DNA from: a virus
Taxonomy: Duplodnaviria; Caudoviricetes
Strand: one strand, 5' to 3'
DNA: 64,000 nt
Virus record (IMG/VR): IMGVR_UViG_3300012979_000043
Span: 5,615 to 69,614 of that record
Made by a program: the position numbers and the translations under genes
Shown: positions 39,657-47,692 of the stretch, in pieces
Numbering within the stretch: the stretch's first letter is position 1
Layout: every line of letters begins with the position of its first letter
Notes under the pieces: model-generated
Told to the model about the DNA's origin: nothing
The model's input: only the letters and a program-made list of their open reading frames with translations
The model's database searches: none

Positions 39657-39728
39657 ACCAATAAGGCATCAACATTTTTTTATAAGATGTAGTCTCTACC
39701 ATCTGAGATATACATCTTATATGGTATA

Positions 39729-39820
39729 TAATCAATTTTAGTTTCGGTTTTTTATGCAATCAATGCTAAACCTACTTACATTCCCAACCACGTGAAGGTA
39801 TTGATTATCTTTATGGGAAC
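39729..39820 (-). ncRNA. HDV-like (theta-type) ribozyme Rz2
   Basis: P1 GTTCCCA/TGGGAAT, P2 TAATCAAT/ATTGATTA, P3 ACC/GGT, L3 TTCACGT, GAAACTAA. Confidence 0.8.
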
Positions 39821-39855
39821 TTTCATATTCACTATTGTCCAACAACTTGGTTATA

Positions 39856-39884
39856 TTTATATCACAAGTTAAAATTAATGTCAA
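39856..39884 (-). promoter_or_regulatory. sigma70-type promoter
   Basis: AAAAAGTTC TTGACA-17 nt-TATAAA. Confidence 0.75.
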
Positions 39885-39901
39885 GAACTTTTTTATAAAA
39901 A

Positions 39902-39977
39902 TGGTGCAAGGGGTTGGTAACGATCCAACTTCTTAGGTTTTTCAGACCCATGTCTTGACCTCAAATACGACCCTTGC
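39902..39977 (-). tRNA. tRNA-Phe(GAA)
   Basis: Loop CT-GAA-AA, atypical T loop ATCGTTA, CCA. Confidence 0.85.
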
Positions 39978-39983
39978 ATTAAT

Positions 39984-40059
39984 TGGTAGCAATGGGTGGA
40001 CTTGCACCACCACTCTTATCCTTATGAGGGATATGCTTTACTATTTAAGCTACATTGCC
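39984..40059 (-). tRNA. tRNA-Met(CAT), elongator or Ile2
   Basis: TATCC-CT-CAT-AA-GGATA, CCA. Confidence 0.88.
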
Positions 40060-40064
40060 ATTCT

Positions 40065-40138
40065 TGGAGGTAGGTGTGAGAGTCGAACTCACCTATGCAG
40101 TTTTGCAGACTGCCATCTAACCGATTGATTAACCTACC
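40065..40138 (-). tRNA. tRNA-Cys(GCA)
   Basis: Loop CT-GCA-AA, U73, CCA. Confidence 0.92.
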
Positions 40139-40346
40139 ATTTGAATAACCATCTTTACGTAATGGTTGTGAATGGTTGTAATAACGGAAATTCTGTTTTG
40201 GATAATTATTTCAAACCCAATGTTTACGTCAGACCAAACATCAAAAAGCCAATGTTTTCATGATAACATTAAACATAAGGGGTTCTTAACTTGACAACCC
40301 CAATAAACGGGAAATTTTTCAACCTATGGCATCTCCTAACCAAACT

Positions 40347-40822
40347 CTTGTAATTGTTAAATACTATTGGCACATAACATATTTACTTTATAACATAATA
40401 AAAATCACTTGTCAAGTATTATTTCAAAAAAGTTTTATGATAATATACCTACTACACAACCGTATTATTATCAATGGCATTTAGTTTATTAGATAGTAGG
40501 CTCTATAAACATAACTTTATAACCATATAATAAGGAAAGAGTTGCGACCTCTAATTACGTTGCACTGATTTGAACAGATTTCTTATCATAAACTGATAAT
40601 GTTTTACATAAACTATCATACAACCTTATAATTGTTTAATACCATTGGCACACAAGTTAATTACTCTTATGGCTTATGATAATGTGATCATCATTATCTC
40701 TATTTGTTAATAAACCTATCAATTTTTTCTCTCCAACAGTTTTCACCTGATTTCAATACTAAAATTGATGTGCTATTGATACATCTACACCATATTAACA
40801 TCAATGGTATTAAATAATTATA
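40347..40822. repeat. 28-bp direct repeat with an inverted third copy
   Basis: 40347-40374 vs 40625-40652 (25/28 identical); 40801-40822 is an inverted copy (20/22). Confidence 0.7.
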
Positions 40823-40828
40823 AAAAAT

Positions 40829-40906
40829 TGGTGAGGGCAGGGGGACTCGAACCCATCCGACCCACAGGTTAAAAGCCTGTTGCTCTACCAACTGAGCTAT
40901 ACCCCC
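40829..40906 (-). tRNA. tRNA-Lys(TTT)
   Basis: Loop CT-TTT-AA; 2 extra nt in the T stem; CCA. Confidence 0.9.
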
Positions 40907-40942
40907 AATCAAAACTTCATTTTGTGACTTAGTTCAATAAAT

Positions 40943-41014
40943 TAGCAAATTAGTTTCATTCATAAATGAATTACTTATACCCAATACCACGTAAAGGTTT
41001 TGCTATTATTGGGC
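40943..41014 (-). ncRNA. HDV-like theta ribozyme Rz3 at the tRNA-Tyr 3' end
   Basis: G1 directly follows discriminator A73; P1 GCCCAAT/ATTGGGT, P2 TAGCAAA/TTTGCTA, L3 TTTACGT, GAAACTAA. Confidence 0.88.
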
Positions 41015-41097
41015 TGGACAGGGATGGATTCGAACCACCGAACTCCGAAGAGGTCAGGTTTACAGCCTGATGCATTTAGCCACTCTGCCACCTGTCC
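41015..41097 (-). tRNA. tRNA-Tyr(GTA)
   Basis: Loop CT-GTA-AA, long variable arm, no encoded CCA. Confidence 0.93.
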
Positions 41098-41106
41098 ATT
41101 TAAAAT

Positions 41107-41170
41107 TGGTTGCGAGTTCTAGGGAGCTACCCTAGAATTTCTTCGTTAATGAAACGAAAAGCTACTCGCA
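41107..41170 (-). ncRNA. D-armless, CCA-ended tRNA-like RNA (64 nt)
   Basis: TGCGAGT/ACTCGCA-A-CCA, TTCGT-TTCATTA-ACGAA arm, TCTAGGG-TAGCT-CCCTAGA arm. Confidence 0.65.
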
Positions 41171-41182
41171 TAAAAATAATTA

Positions 41183-41263
41183 TATAAACTCTTGATGGAG
41201 TTGAACCATAACTGTCGTTCTTTTTCAAGAAAGGATATTACCCAATATCTGCAAGAGTTTATA
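41183..41263 (-). ncRNA. tRNA-like/pseudo-tRNA element
   Basis: 12-bp terminal stem TATAAACTCTTG/CAAGAGTTTATA, GATATT/AATATC arm, ATGG-TTCAACT-CCAT T arm; weak anticodon arm, no CCA. Confidence 0.5.
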
Positions 41264-41373
41264 AAAAATACTTTAATTAAAAAATGACTGACATTCTATA
41301 CTTGAACTATTAGATGTACACAACCCACCCCGATTTTGTCACTTCCACAAAAAGCTTCAATCATTTTTTATTA

Positions 41374-41476
41374 GATGATATTTAGTTTCAGTTACAACAC
41401 TGATCAGCAATTGTTAGAGTTAATAACTCACCTACTCACATTCTCCACCACGTGAAGGTAATCATCATTGGAGAAC
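41374..41476 (-). ncRNA. HDV-like ribozyme Rz4
   Basis: P1 GTTCTCC/GGAGAAT, P2 GATGAT/ATCATC, L3 TTCACGT, GAAACTAA. Confidence 0.78.
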
Positions 41477-41749
41477 TATGGTGGTAAATGTATAGAATAT
41501 CCACTAATGGTTGATTACTTCCTTTAGCAATCATTCTATACCCACACATAATAGAACCTCTCTATCACTCGTTCTACAGAGCGTCCCACTTCCCTATTTA
41601 AGCACAAACTCTGGGCCCGAATCATCATCTATTTGATAAGGCAGGTTATGAATTATCTTAGTGCATTCTGCCAATGTCTTTCCATTAGTCCATAGTCTTT
41701 CCCATTGTATAACAATGACTTCATAGTAATCAACTGTCCATTCATTATT

Positions 41750-41838
41750 TATGACTTTTAGTTTCATCATAAGGATGCATCCTATATGATTACTTACATT
41801 CCTCACCAACGAGAAGGTAGTCATATTATTTGAGGAAC
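41750..41838 (-). ncRNA. HDV-like ribozyme Rz5
   Basis: P1 GTTCCTC/GAGGAAT, P2 TATGACT/AGTCATA, L3 TTCTCGTT, P4 ATCATA/TATGAT, GAAACTAA. Confidence 0.8.
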
Positions 41839-41902
41839 ACTTTATTATACATAGGGTGATGCAAATGTAAGGAAAAATCATCACCCAACATATAAAAAAT
41901 AG

Positions 41903-42040
41903 AAGGACAATGCCACAACACGATTATTATCTCTCAACTATGCCACCCACTATATAATATAGTCATCATAGGTTCTTTTTACGAGTTCCTAAATAACCCT
42001 TACTAAACAAACATTGTGGTGTTTGTTATTCTGTGTCCTT
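41903..42040 (-). ncRNA. unassigned structured RNA between Rz6 and Rz5
   Basis: AAGGACA/TGTCCTT closing stem; hairpin loop CCACAA complementary to distal TTGTGG. Confidence 0.45.
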
Positions 42041-42172
42041 TGTATCAATTAGTTTCCACTGACAACTCTAAACAGAGACCTTCTGCTCTCTCCACTGCAG
42101 ATATGCTTTATTAACACCATCCATCAGGTACTTATGTCTTAAACCAACGTAAAGGTTTGATACATTTAAGAC
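42041..42172 (-). ncRNA. HDV-like ribozyme Rz6 (long P4)
   Basis: P1 GTCTTAA/TTAAGAC, P2 TGTATCAA/TTGATACA, L3 TTTACGTT, GAAACTAA. Confidence 0.78.
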
Positions 42173-42212
42173 TTTCTTATTCACTAAATTCAACAACCGT
42201 TTTGATATATTC

Positions 42213-42241
42213 TTTATATCACTTTTTGAAACCAATGTCAA
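42213..42241 (-). promoter_or_regulatory. sigma70-type promoter of the ribozyme cassette
   Basis: AAAAAAGTTC TTGACA-17 nt-TATAAA. Confidence 0.75.
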
Positions 42242-42272
42242 GAACTTTTTTATTTCTTTTTTGATTTCTTTT

Positions 42273-42360
42273 TTATCAAATGAAACGCAACCAATCTGCA
42301 TGCTCCTACAAGTTTTTAAACTCTGAGTTGGACTCTCACCAACCTCTTTTCATCTGATAA
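42273..42360 (-). ncRNA. second permuted tRNA-like (YrlA-like) RNA
   Basis: TTATCAGATGAA/TTCATTTGATAA closing stem, T arm GTTGG-TGAGAGT-CCAAC, then a hairpin, then D-like TGCA-GATTGGT-TGCG. Confidence 0.5.
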
Positions 42361-42364
42361 TTAA

Positions 42365-42393
42365 TATATACACTATCTAAAATAAAATGTCAA
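42365..42393 (-). promoter_or_regulatory. sigma70-type promoter
   Basis: AAAAAAGTTC TTGACA-17 nt-TATATA; start site falls at the 5' end of 42273..42360. Confidence 0.7.
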
Positions 42394-42596
42394 GAACTTT
42401 TTTATAAAAATTAAATCCCAAACTTTTCAATGGTTTGGGATTTTATATTTCTATTAAATGTTGCTTTACCTTATATTTTTTATAAAACCCCCATACCAAT
42501 ATTATGTGAATAACATAATTCACATTTAATTTGCATAAAAATTGGTCTTATACTTAACATTTAACTTTATCCTTTGTATTATATTTTATATTTATA

Positions 42597-43496
42597 TTAA
42601 AAGTAATTTTTTTTATTATTATCAATTAACAAATCTTTAAAATCCCGTTCATCAATAATTAATTCCCACAAACATGGACTATTACCAGATGTAATTCCTT
42701 TTCTTATTTGAGATGTGATTTCAATAAGTTCATCATCTTTTATATCCAATTTTTCACATTCAAAATAAAAAGGTACTTCATCACCAGTATCATATCCATT
42801 TTCAATTTCTGTTGCTATGAAATCATAAATCTCATCTTCTGTCTCAAAATACCCTTGATCATAATATCCAAAATAATCATATTCAGATTTTCCAGCAGTC
42901 CCATCTGTTGGAATATTTTTCATATAATATGAAGAATATGGTGGTTCAATGGAATATGTGTTACTTAACCAACAACCATCTTTCCAAACACCTGCTTTTT
43001 CATTGATGATGCTAAAATTAAAATCTTTATCAACAAATAATAATTTATTTCCAGAACCAATAACTTTTTCTAAATCAGTTTTGAAAGATTCATCATTAAT
43101 GATACCAATTCCTTCTTTTTCAACATATGGTTTTAAAAAATATTCAACAAAATTCTTTGTATCAGACCATTCTTTATTTAAATTAGCAAACTCATTCATG
43201 ACACCATTATGCATCATACATAGTCCATTTGTAACAATAAATGGGTGTGTATTTGTTAAATTCAAAATACCATGTGTTGCATATCTAAAGTGAATTGCAA
43301 ATTCTTCTTTATCTTTTATAATATTCCAAATTTCTTCTTTATAGTTTTCTGGTTTAACAAACCGTTCAATATTAATTCCATCTTTATCTCTATATACAAT
43401 ACCAACAGCATGAGGATTGTTTGTCAATGCATTTGAAAATCTCTCATATGTCAAATAATTGTTTGCATTTTTTGGTTTTATAAAAATTAAACACAT
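42597..43496 (-). CDS. class II glutamine amidotransferase
   Basis: N-terminal MC, HFRYATHG, THPF, MHNG, SDT. Confidence 0.88.
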   Translation of the reverse strand: MCLIFIKPKNANNYLTYERFSNALTNNPHAVGIVYRDKDGINIERFVKPENYKEEIWNIIKDKEEFAIHFRYATHGILNLTNTHPFIVTNGLCMMHNGVMNEFANLNKEWSDTKNFVEYFLKPYVEKEGIGIINDESFKTDLEKVIGSGNKLLFVDKDFNFSIINEKAGVWKDGCWLSNTYSIEPPYSSYYMKNIPTDGTAGKSEYDYFGYYDQGYFETEDEIYDFIATEIENGYDTGDEVPFYFECEKLDIKDDELIEITSQIRKGITSGNSPCLWELIIDERDFKDLLIDNNKKNYF

Positions 43497-43568
43497 AATT
43501 AGTTACGTCCTTTCATTCCTTAATTTATAAGGTCATTATATATAATAATTATACTATTGTCAAGTGTT

Positions 43569-44111
43569 TTATTTAAAAATATTATAAAAAGAAACAATTG
43601 GAATATTTAAAAATAACCCTGTTCCATCTATTTTACATTCAACCACTGTTTTTTTCAAGTCTTTATTTGGAATAATATCACCAATAATGTATTTTTTATC
43701 ATTTTTTATAGCACTTTTATGTAAATGATAAAACATATCAGATTCATTTAAATGAATTTTATATGAATCAACAAAATCACCAGTATTTAATTTAGAAATT
43801 ATATCCACAATACTTTCTTGTTTTAAATTATCACTTGCTTGTTGAACTGCATTATCATGGATTTCATCTGATACATCCATATTTTCTTGTGATTCTTTAT
43901 TACCTAAAATAATATTCTTTTCATCAATACTCAAAACATTTTTATTATTTAAAACAATATCAGATAATAAATTTACATCTGCATCAATATTAAATTTATT
44001 CTTAATATATGCTAATATTTTTTCAATGTTAAGTTGAGTAACACCAGTAGAATATTTTTGATATATGATTGAATTTATATTATTGGTGATTTGTTGATTC
44101 AATGTATCCAT
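43569..44111 (-). CDS. hypothetical protein
   Basis: 180 aa ORF. Confidence 0.6.
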   Translation of the reverse strand: MDTLNQQITNNINSIIYQKYSTGVTQLNIEKILAYIKNKFNIDADVNLLSDIVLNNKNVLSIDEKNIILGNKESQENMDVSDEIHDNAVQQASDNLKQESIVDIISKLNTGDFVDSYKIHLNESDMFYHLHKSAIKNDKKYIIGDIIPNKDLKKTVVECKIDGTGLFLNIPIVSFYNIFK

Positions 44112-44120
44112 TTATTTACC

Positions 44121-44600
44121 TTATTTTTTCTTACGTGTAATTGTATCTAAGTTGTCTGAAAAATCATCTATTTCACTGCCATCCATTGTTGGTTCTTCAA
44201 TTGAATCATCATCCATATTATCACCAAAATCTTCACCAAAATCTGATTCAAAATCTCCCAAATCTTCTTCACCACCTTCTGATGAACCCATATCATCTTC
44301 CCCATTTAACATGGAAACAGTAACATTGTCAATTTCACCCTTAATTTCTGTCATTGATTGAATTAATTGATCTAATTTACCACCAATGTTTTGATTAAAT
44401 TCATCTGCTTTTGCAATATCATTATCATATTTGATTTTTTTTACCAATACTGCTAAATCTTTTGTTTTAATGTTTGTAATTTTTTCAATCATTGATTGGA
44501 TTGCTTCAGACATACCCTCAACATTTAATGCTAAATCAGTTGTTGAGATTGCTGCCTCTGTTAATTCTTTAATAAAGTTTTTTCTCATTGCTTTCTCCAA
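44121..44600 (-). CDS. conserved jumbo-phage acidic protein (head-related candidate)
   Basis: Helical core with acidic G/D/E tail. Confidence 0.6.
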   Translation of the reverse strand: MEKAMRKNFIKELTEAAISTTDLALNVEGMSEAIQSMIEKITNIKTKDLAVLVKKIKYDNDIAKADEFNQNIGGKLDQLIQSMTEIKGEIDNVTVSMLNGEDDMGSSEGGEEDLGDFESDFGEDFGDNMDDDSIEEPTMDGSEIDDFSDNLDTITRKKK

Positions 44601-44642
44601 ATTATTATTTTTGTATATAGTTATTTATTGTTCATTATATTA

Positions 44643-45089
44643 TTAATCAAAGATACACTTTATAAAATCAACTATATCATCAGGGTATTGTTCATCAAAA
44701 TCTTCTTTTTTTGTATTATCCAGATTTGATAAATCAATAGTTTCATCTGTTTCTTTATCATCAAAGTCATATTCAATTAAAAATTTATATAATTCATCAA
44801 TGTTTCTTAAATGAATTGGTGTACCATCTTTATCCCACATAGCAGGTTTTTCTTTACATTTTTTACCAAATTCTTGTTCATAAATCCACCAAGAAATTGT
44901 TTCAGTTTTATCATTATATGCAATTTGTAACATTTTAATAATAGCATTTTCCAAATCACTTGAAAATTGTGGGACTAAATGACCATCAAACATTTCATTA
45001 AATGTCTTTTGCCATTTTTCTTCTTTTTCATATTGTTTCTTCAATGCTGTAATACCAATTTTTAATAAATCAATTGTTGGTTTTGTCAT
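44643..45089 (-). CDS. hypothetical protein
   Basis: ISWWIYEQEFGKK...LRNIDELYKFL. Confidence 0.7.
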   Translation of the reverse strand: MTKPTIDLLKIGITALKKQYEKEEKWQKTFNEMFDGHLVPQFSSDLENAIIKMLQIAYNDKTETISWWIYEQEFGKKCKEKPAMWDKDGTPIHLRNIDELYKFLIEYDFDDKETDETIDLSNLDNTKKEDFDEQYPDDIVDFIKCIFD

Positions 45090-45152
45090 ATATTTTATCT
45101 CCTTCTAAATTAATGGACAAAGGATACCATAATTGATATCCTTTGTCAAGAA

Positions 45153-45803
45153 CTATTTTTCTAAAATGAATGTTTCATACAAATCATCAAATAAAATTGG
45201 AATCTGTTTATGAAATTCAACCAATACCATTTTCATAATTTCTTGAACTGATGGATGTGCTGCTTTTGCACATCTTAATGAAAATATGTGACGCCACTCT
45301 CTGACATTAGCTTTCAGATTTATATTGCACTTCAAACTATGTGGCAAAAGCATTCTCAATTGGTCTGGTTTACATCCTAATTCTGCCATTTGATTGTATG
45401 TTGTTTCAATATTGTTCATACAATCTAACCATAAATCATATTCTTTTGTTCCTTCTTCAATATTACATGGTTTAATAACAGTAATTTCATTACCAAATTT
45501 ACCCTTGCTATAGTTACAATACCGTGTGCTTTCAACAGCAAATGAACAATGTCTATGTCTTGTTAAATCTTTTAAAACACCTGTATCAGCAGTTAAAATT
45601 ACGTGAATATCAGCAAATTCAATCATTGCTGTGTGACCCATTTCAATTAATTTAGAAATCATTTTTTTAGCAGATTCTGTATCTTCACTAATGTTATCTT
45701 CTGTTTTATAACATGTTCGTGCTGCTCTCTCAATTGTTTTAAGAATTTTATTTCCATCAATTTCTGTAATGATTTCAACACTTGGTTCAACAATTTTTAC
45801 CAT
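45153..45803 (-). CDS. thyX: flavin-dependent thymidylate synthase
   Basis: GHTAMIEF, LTRHRHCSFAVESTRYCNY, NVREWRH. Confidence 0.93.
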   Translation of the reverse strand: MVKIVEPSVEIITEIDGNKILKTIERAARTCYKTEDNISEDTESAKKMISKLIEMGHTAMIEFADIHVILTADTGVLKDLTRHRHCSFAVESTRYCNYSKGKFGNEITVIKPCNIEEGTKEYDLWLDCMNNIETTYNQMAELGCKPDQLRMLLPHSLKCNINLKANVREWRHIFSLRCAKAAHPSVQEIMKMVLVEFHKQIPILFDDLYETFILEK

Positions 45804-46147
45804 TAATTTTCTCCTAATAATTGTTTAATTTCTTTGCTATAATCAAAATGGTTCTTAAATACCCCTACATTTTCTTTCATTAAATGATATAATTTTATTC
45901 TAATATAGTTTAATTCACCATTCTTTACACAAATAATATCAGCATTATTATCATAATATATAACATCAACAATTTCACATCCATCAACAGATTTGCCTTT
46001 TAATCTTTCAAACAATCCTTTACTATTATGTGTTTCACTTGATACATCATTATTGTTATTATGAACACTACCATGCGGAATATATCTACTATAAGCAGGT
46101 GTTGATAACATTGTCAGAATCAAAAACAAACTTAAAATCTTTTTCAT
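45803..46147 (-). CDS. hypothetical secreted protein
   Basis: Signal-peptide-like MKKILSLFLILTMLSTPAYS. Confidence 0.65.
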   Translation of the reverse strand: MKKILSLFLILTMLSTPAYSRYIPHGSVHNNNNDVSSETHNSKGLFERLKGKSVDGCEIVDVIYYDNNADIICVKNGELNYIRIKLYHLMKENVGVFKNHFDYSKEIKQLLGEN

Positions 46148-46202
46148 TACTTTTCTCCTTCAATGCTATCAATATACACCATTTTAATTTAAATGTCAAG
46201 TT

Positions 46203-47486
46203 CTATTTTAACAGTTTTTCAAAAATTGCTTCTAATACCGGAATAACAATACCATTACCGGCAGTTTTATAAAGTTGAGCATCTGAAATGCCATGAATTT
46301 TATCAAATTGTTCATCTTTCCAACCCATAAGTCTATAACATTCTCTTGGTGTCAACTTTCTAATTTTGTAGTTAGAAATGATTTTTTCATTTGATGTTGT
46401 TGCAGTAAGAGTTGGTGATAATCCTTCTTCATCATAACATCTATTTGCTTTTTCATATACACCATCTTTTTCTTCAAATGTCATAATACTTTCATCAAAC
46501 ACTGTTGTTTCAATTTTAAGTAATTCTTTTAATTGATTCCATAATTCAGCATCAGGAATAGCAAAACAATCATCTGTTCTAAACCAATGTTCAACTTTTG
46601 TTAATGGAATTCCTAATGATTCAGCAATTTGATTATTGGTTAATTCACTAAAACAATTTGGTTCATTAACATTGTTTGTAATTTCTGCCTTTTTACCATT
46701 TGGCATATCAAATTCAATAATCTGCTTTGGTTGTTTATAATCTGTTGCAACTAATGCACCCATTGTATTTTCTGTATTATATACAATATCTCTCTGACCA
46801 ATACTTCTACTTTCAGGTGCAGTTGTCCCAATAATTGATTGACCTTGTGGTTTATATTTAAATCTTTGCTGAACCTTTTCAGACAAATAATATTTGGCAT
46901 CAACAATTGGTTCTAGGATATCCTTTAATCTAATATTTAATTGTCTTGGTTCAGGAAATACATATGGTTTATGTTCTCCTAAAATAGATACACAAAAAAC
47001 TCGTTCCCTATTCTGTGGAACCCCAAAATCTTTTGCATTTAGGACTTTATAATAATTAGTATATCCCATATCTTCTAAAACCTTTAACCAACCTTCAAAG
47101 TTATGAATATGCTTTTTAGATAATAGGTTTTTAACATTTTCCATTAAAAGATACTTTGGTTTAACTTTTTTAATTATCTTTTCACATTCCCAAAGTAATG
47201 ATGACCTTGTTCCTGAATCTTTATCACCACCTGCTTGTTGACCAGCAATACTAAAATCTTGACATGGACTTGAATATGTAATCAAATCCCATTGACCTTC
47301 AATCATATGTTCAACATCAACCTTATTAATATCTCCTAAATTGATTGTTTCACCATGTATTTGGTTATAAATGCTTTCAGCATACTTATCAATATCACAT
47401 TGAGTTGATTGATGTTCAATTCCAATGTTTTTAAGTGCTTGTGTTTGACAACCAATTCCACTAAATAATTCTAAAACTTTTAACAT
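46203..47486 (-). CDS. DNA (cytosine-5) methyltransferase
   Basis: LELFSGIG, SPCQ, ENV, PQNRERVF, RKLTPREC, AGNGI. Confidence 0.93.
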   Translation of the reverse strand: MLKVLELFSGIGCQTQALKNIGIEHQSTQCDIDKYAESIYNQIHGETINLGDINKVDVEHMIEGQWDLITYSSPCQDFSIAGQQAGGDKDSGTRSSLLWECEKIIKKVKPKYLLMENVKNLLSKKHIHNFEGWLKVLEDMGYTNYYKVLNAKDFGVPQNRERVFCVSILGEHKPYVFPEPRQLNIRLKDILEPIVDAKYYLSEKVQQRFKYKPQGQSIIGTTAPESRSIGQRDIVYNTENTMGALVATDYKQPKQIIEFDMPNGKKAEITNNVNEPNCFSELTNNQIAESLGIPLTKVEHWFRTDDCFAIPDAELWNQLKELLKIETTVFDESIMTFEEKDGVYEKANRCYDEEGLSPTLTATTSNEKIISNYKIRKLTPRECYRLMGWKDEQFDKIHGISDAQLYKTAGNGIVIPVLEAIFEKLLK

Positions 47487-47692
47487 TATTTTTGTCCTTC
47501 CATTAAACTATAAAATTCTTCTTGTGTTACATTAAATTGTGTTCCATCATACATATTAACTTCAAATATATAATACTGAACCACTTTGCCATCTTCAATA
47601 GTATTAAATGGATATTTTTTAAGCATTCTTATATCTTTATAACGATAATAATATTCAATATCATCAATAGCAAATCTTATATATTCACTCAT
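47486..47692 (-). CDS. hypothetical protein
   Basis: 68 aa ORF overlapping both neighbours. Confidence 0.6.
   Translation of the reverse strand: MSEYIRFAIDDIEYYYRYKDIRMLKKYPFNTIEDGKVVQYYIFEVNMYDGTQFNVTQEEFYSLMEGQK

Noticed and set aside
41130-41155. TCA (Sec/opal suppressor) anticodon in the D-armless RNA
   Set aside because: In a 7-nt loop the central triplet is CAT; TCA is off-register and there is no long variable arm
41594-41884. 96-aa ORF in the ORF track
   Set aside because: It overlaps ribozyme Rz5, whose pairing explains the sequence; no SD; a short real peptide cannot be fully excluded
42068-42301. 77-aa ORF in the ORF track
   Set aside because: It runs through a promoter, Rz6 and the permuted tRNA-like RNA
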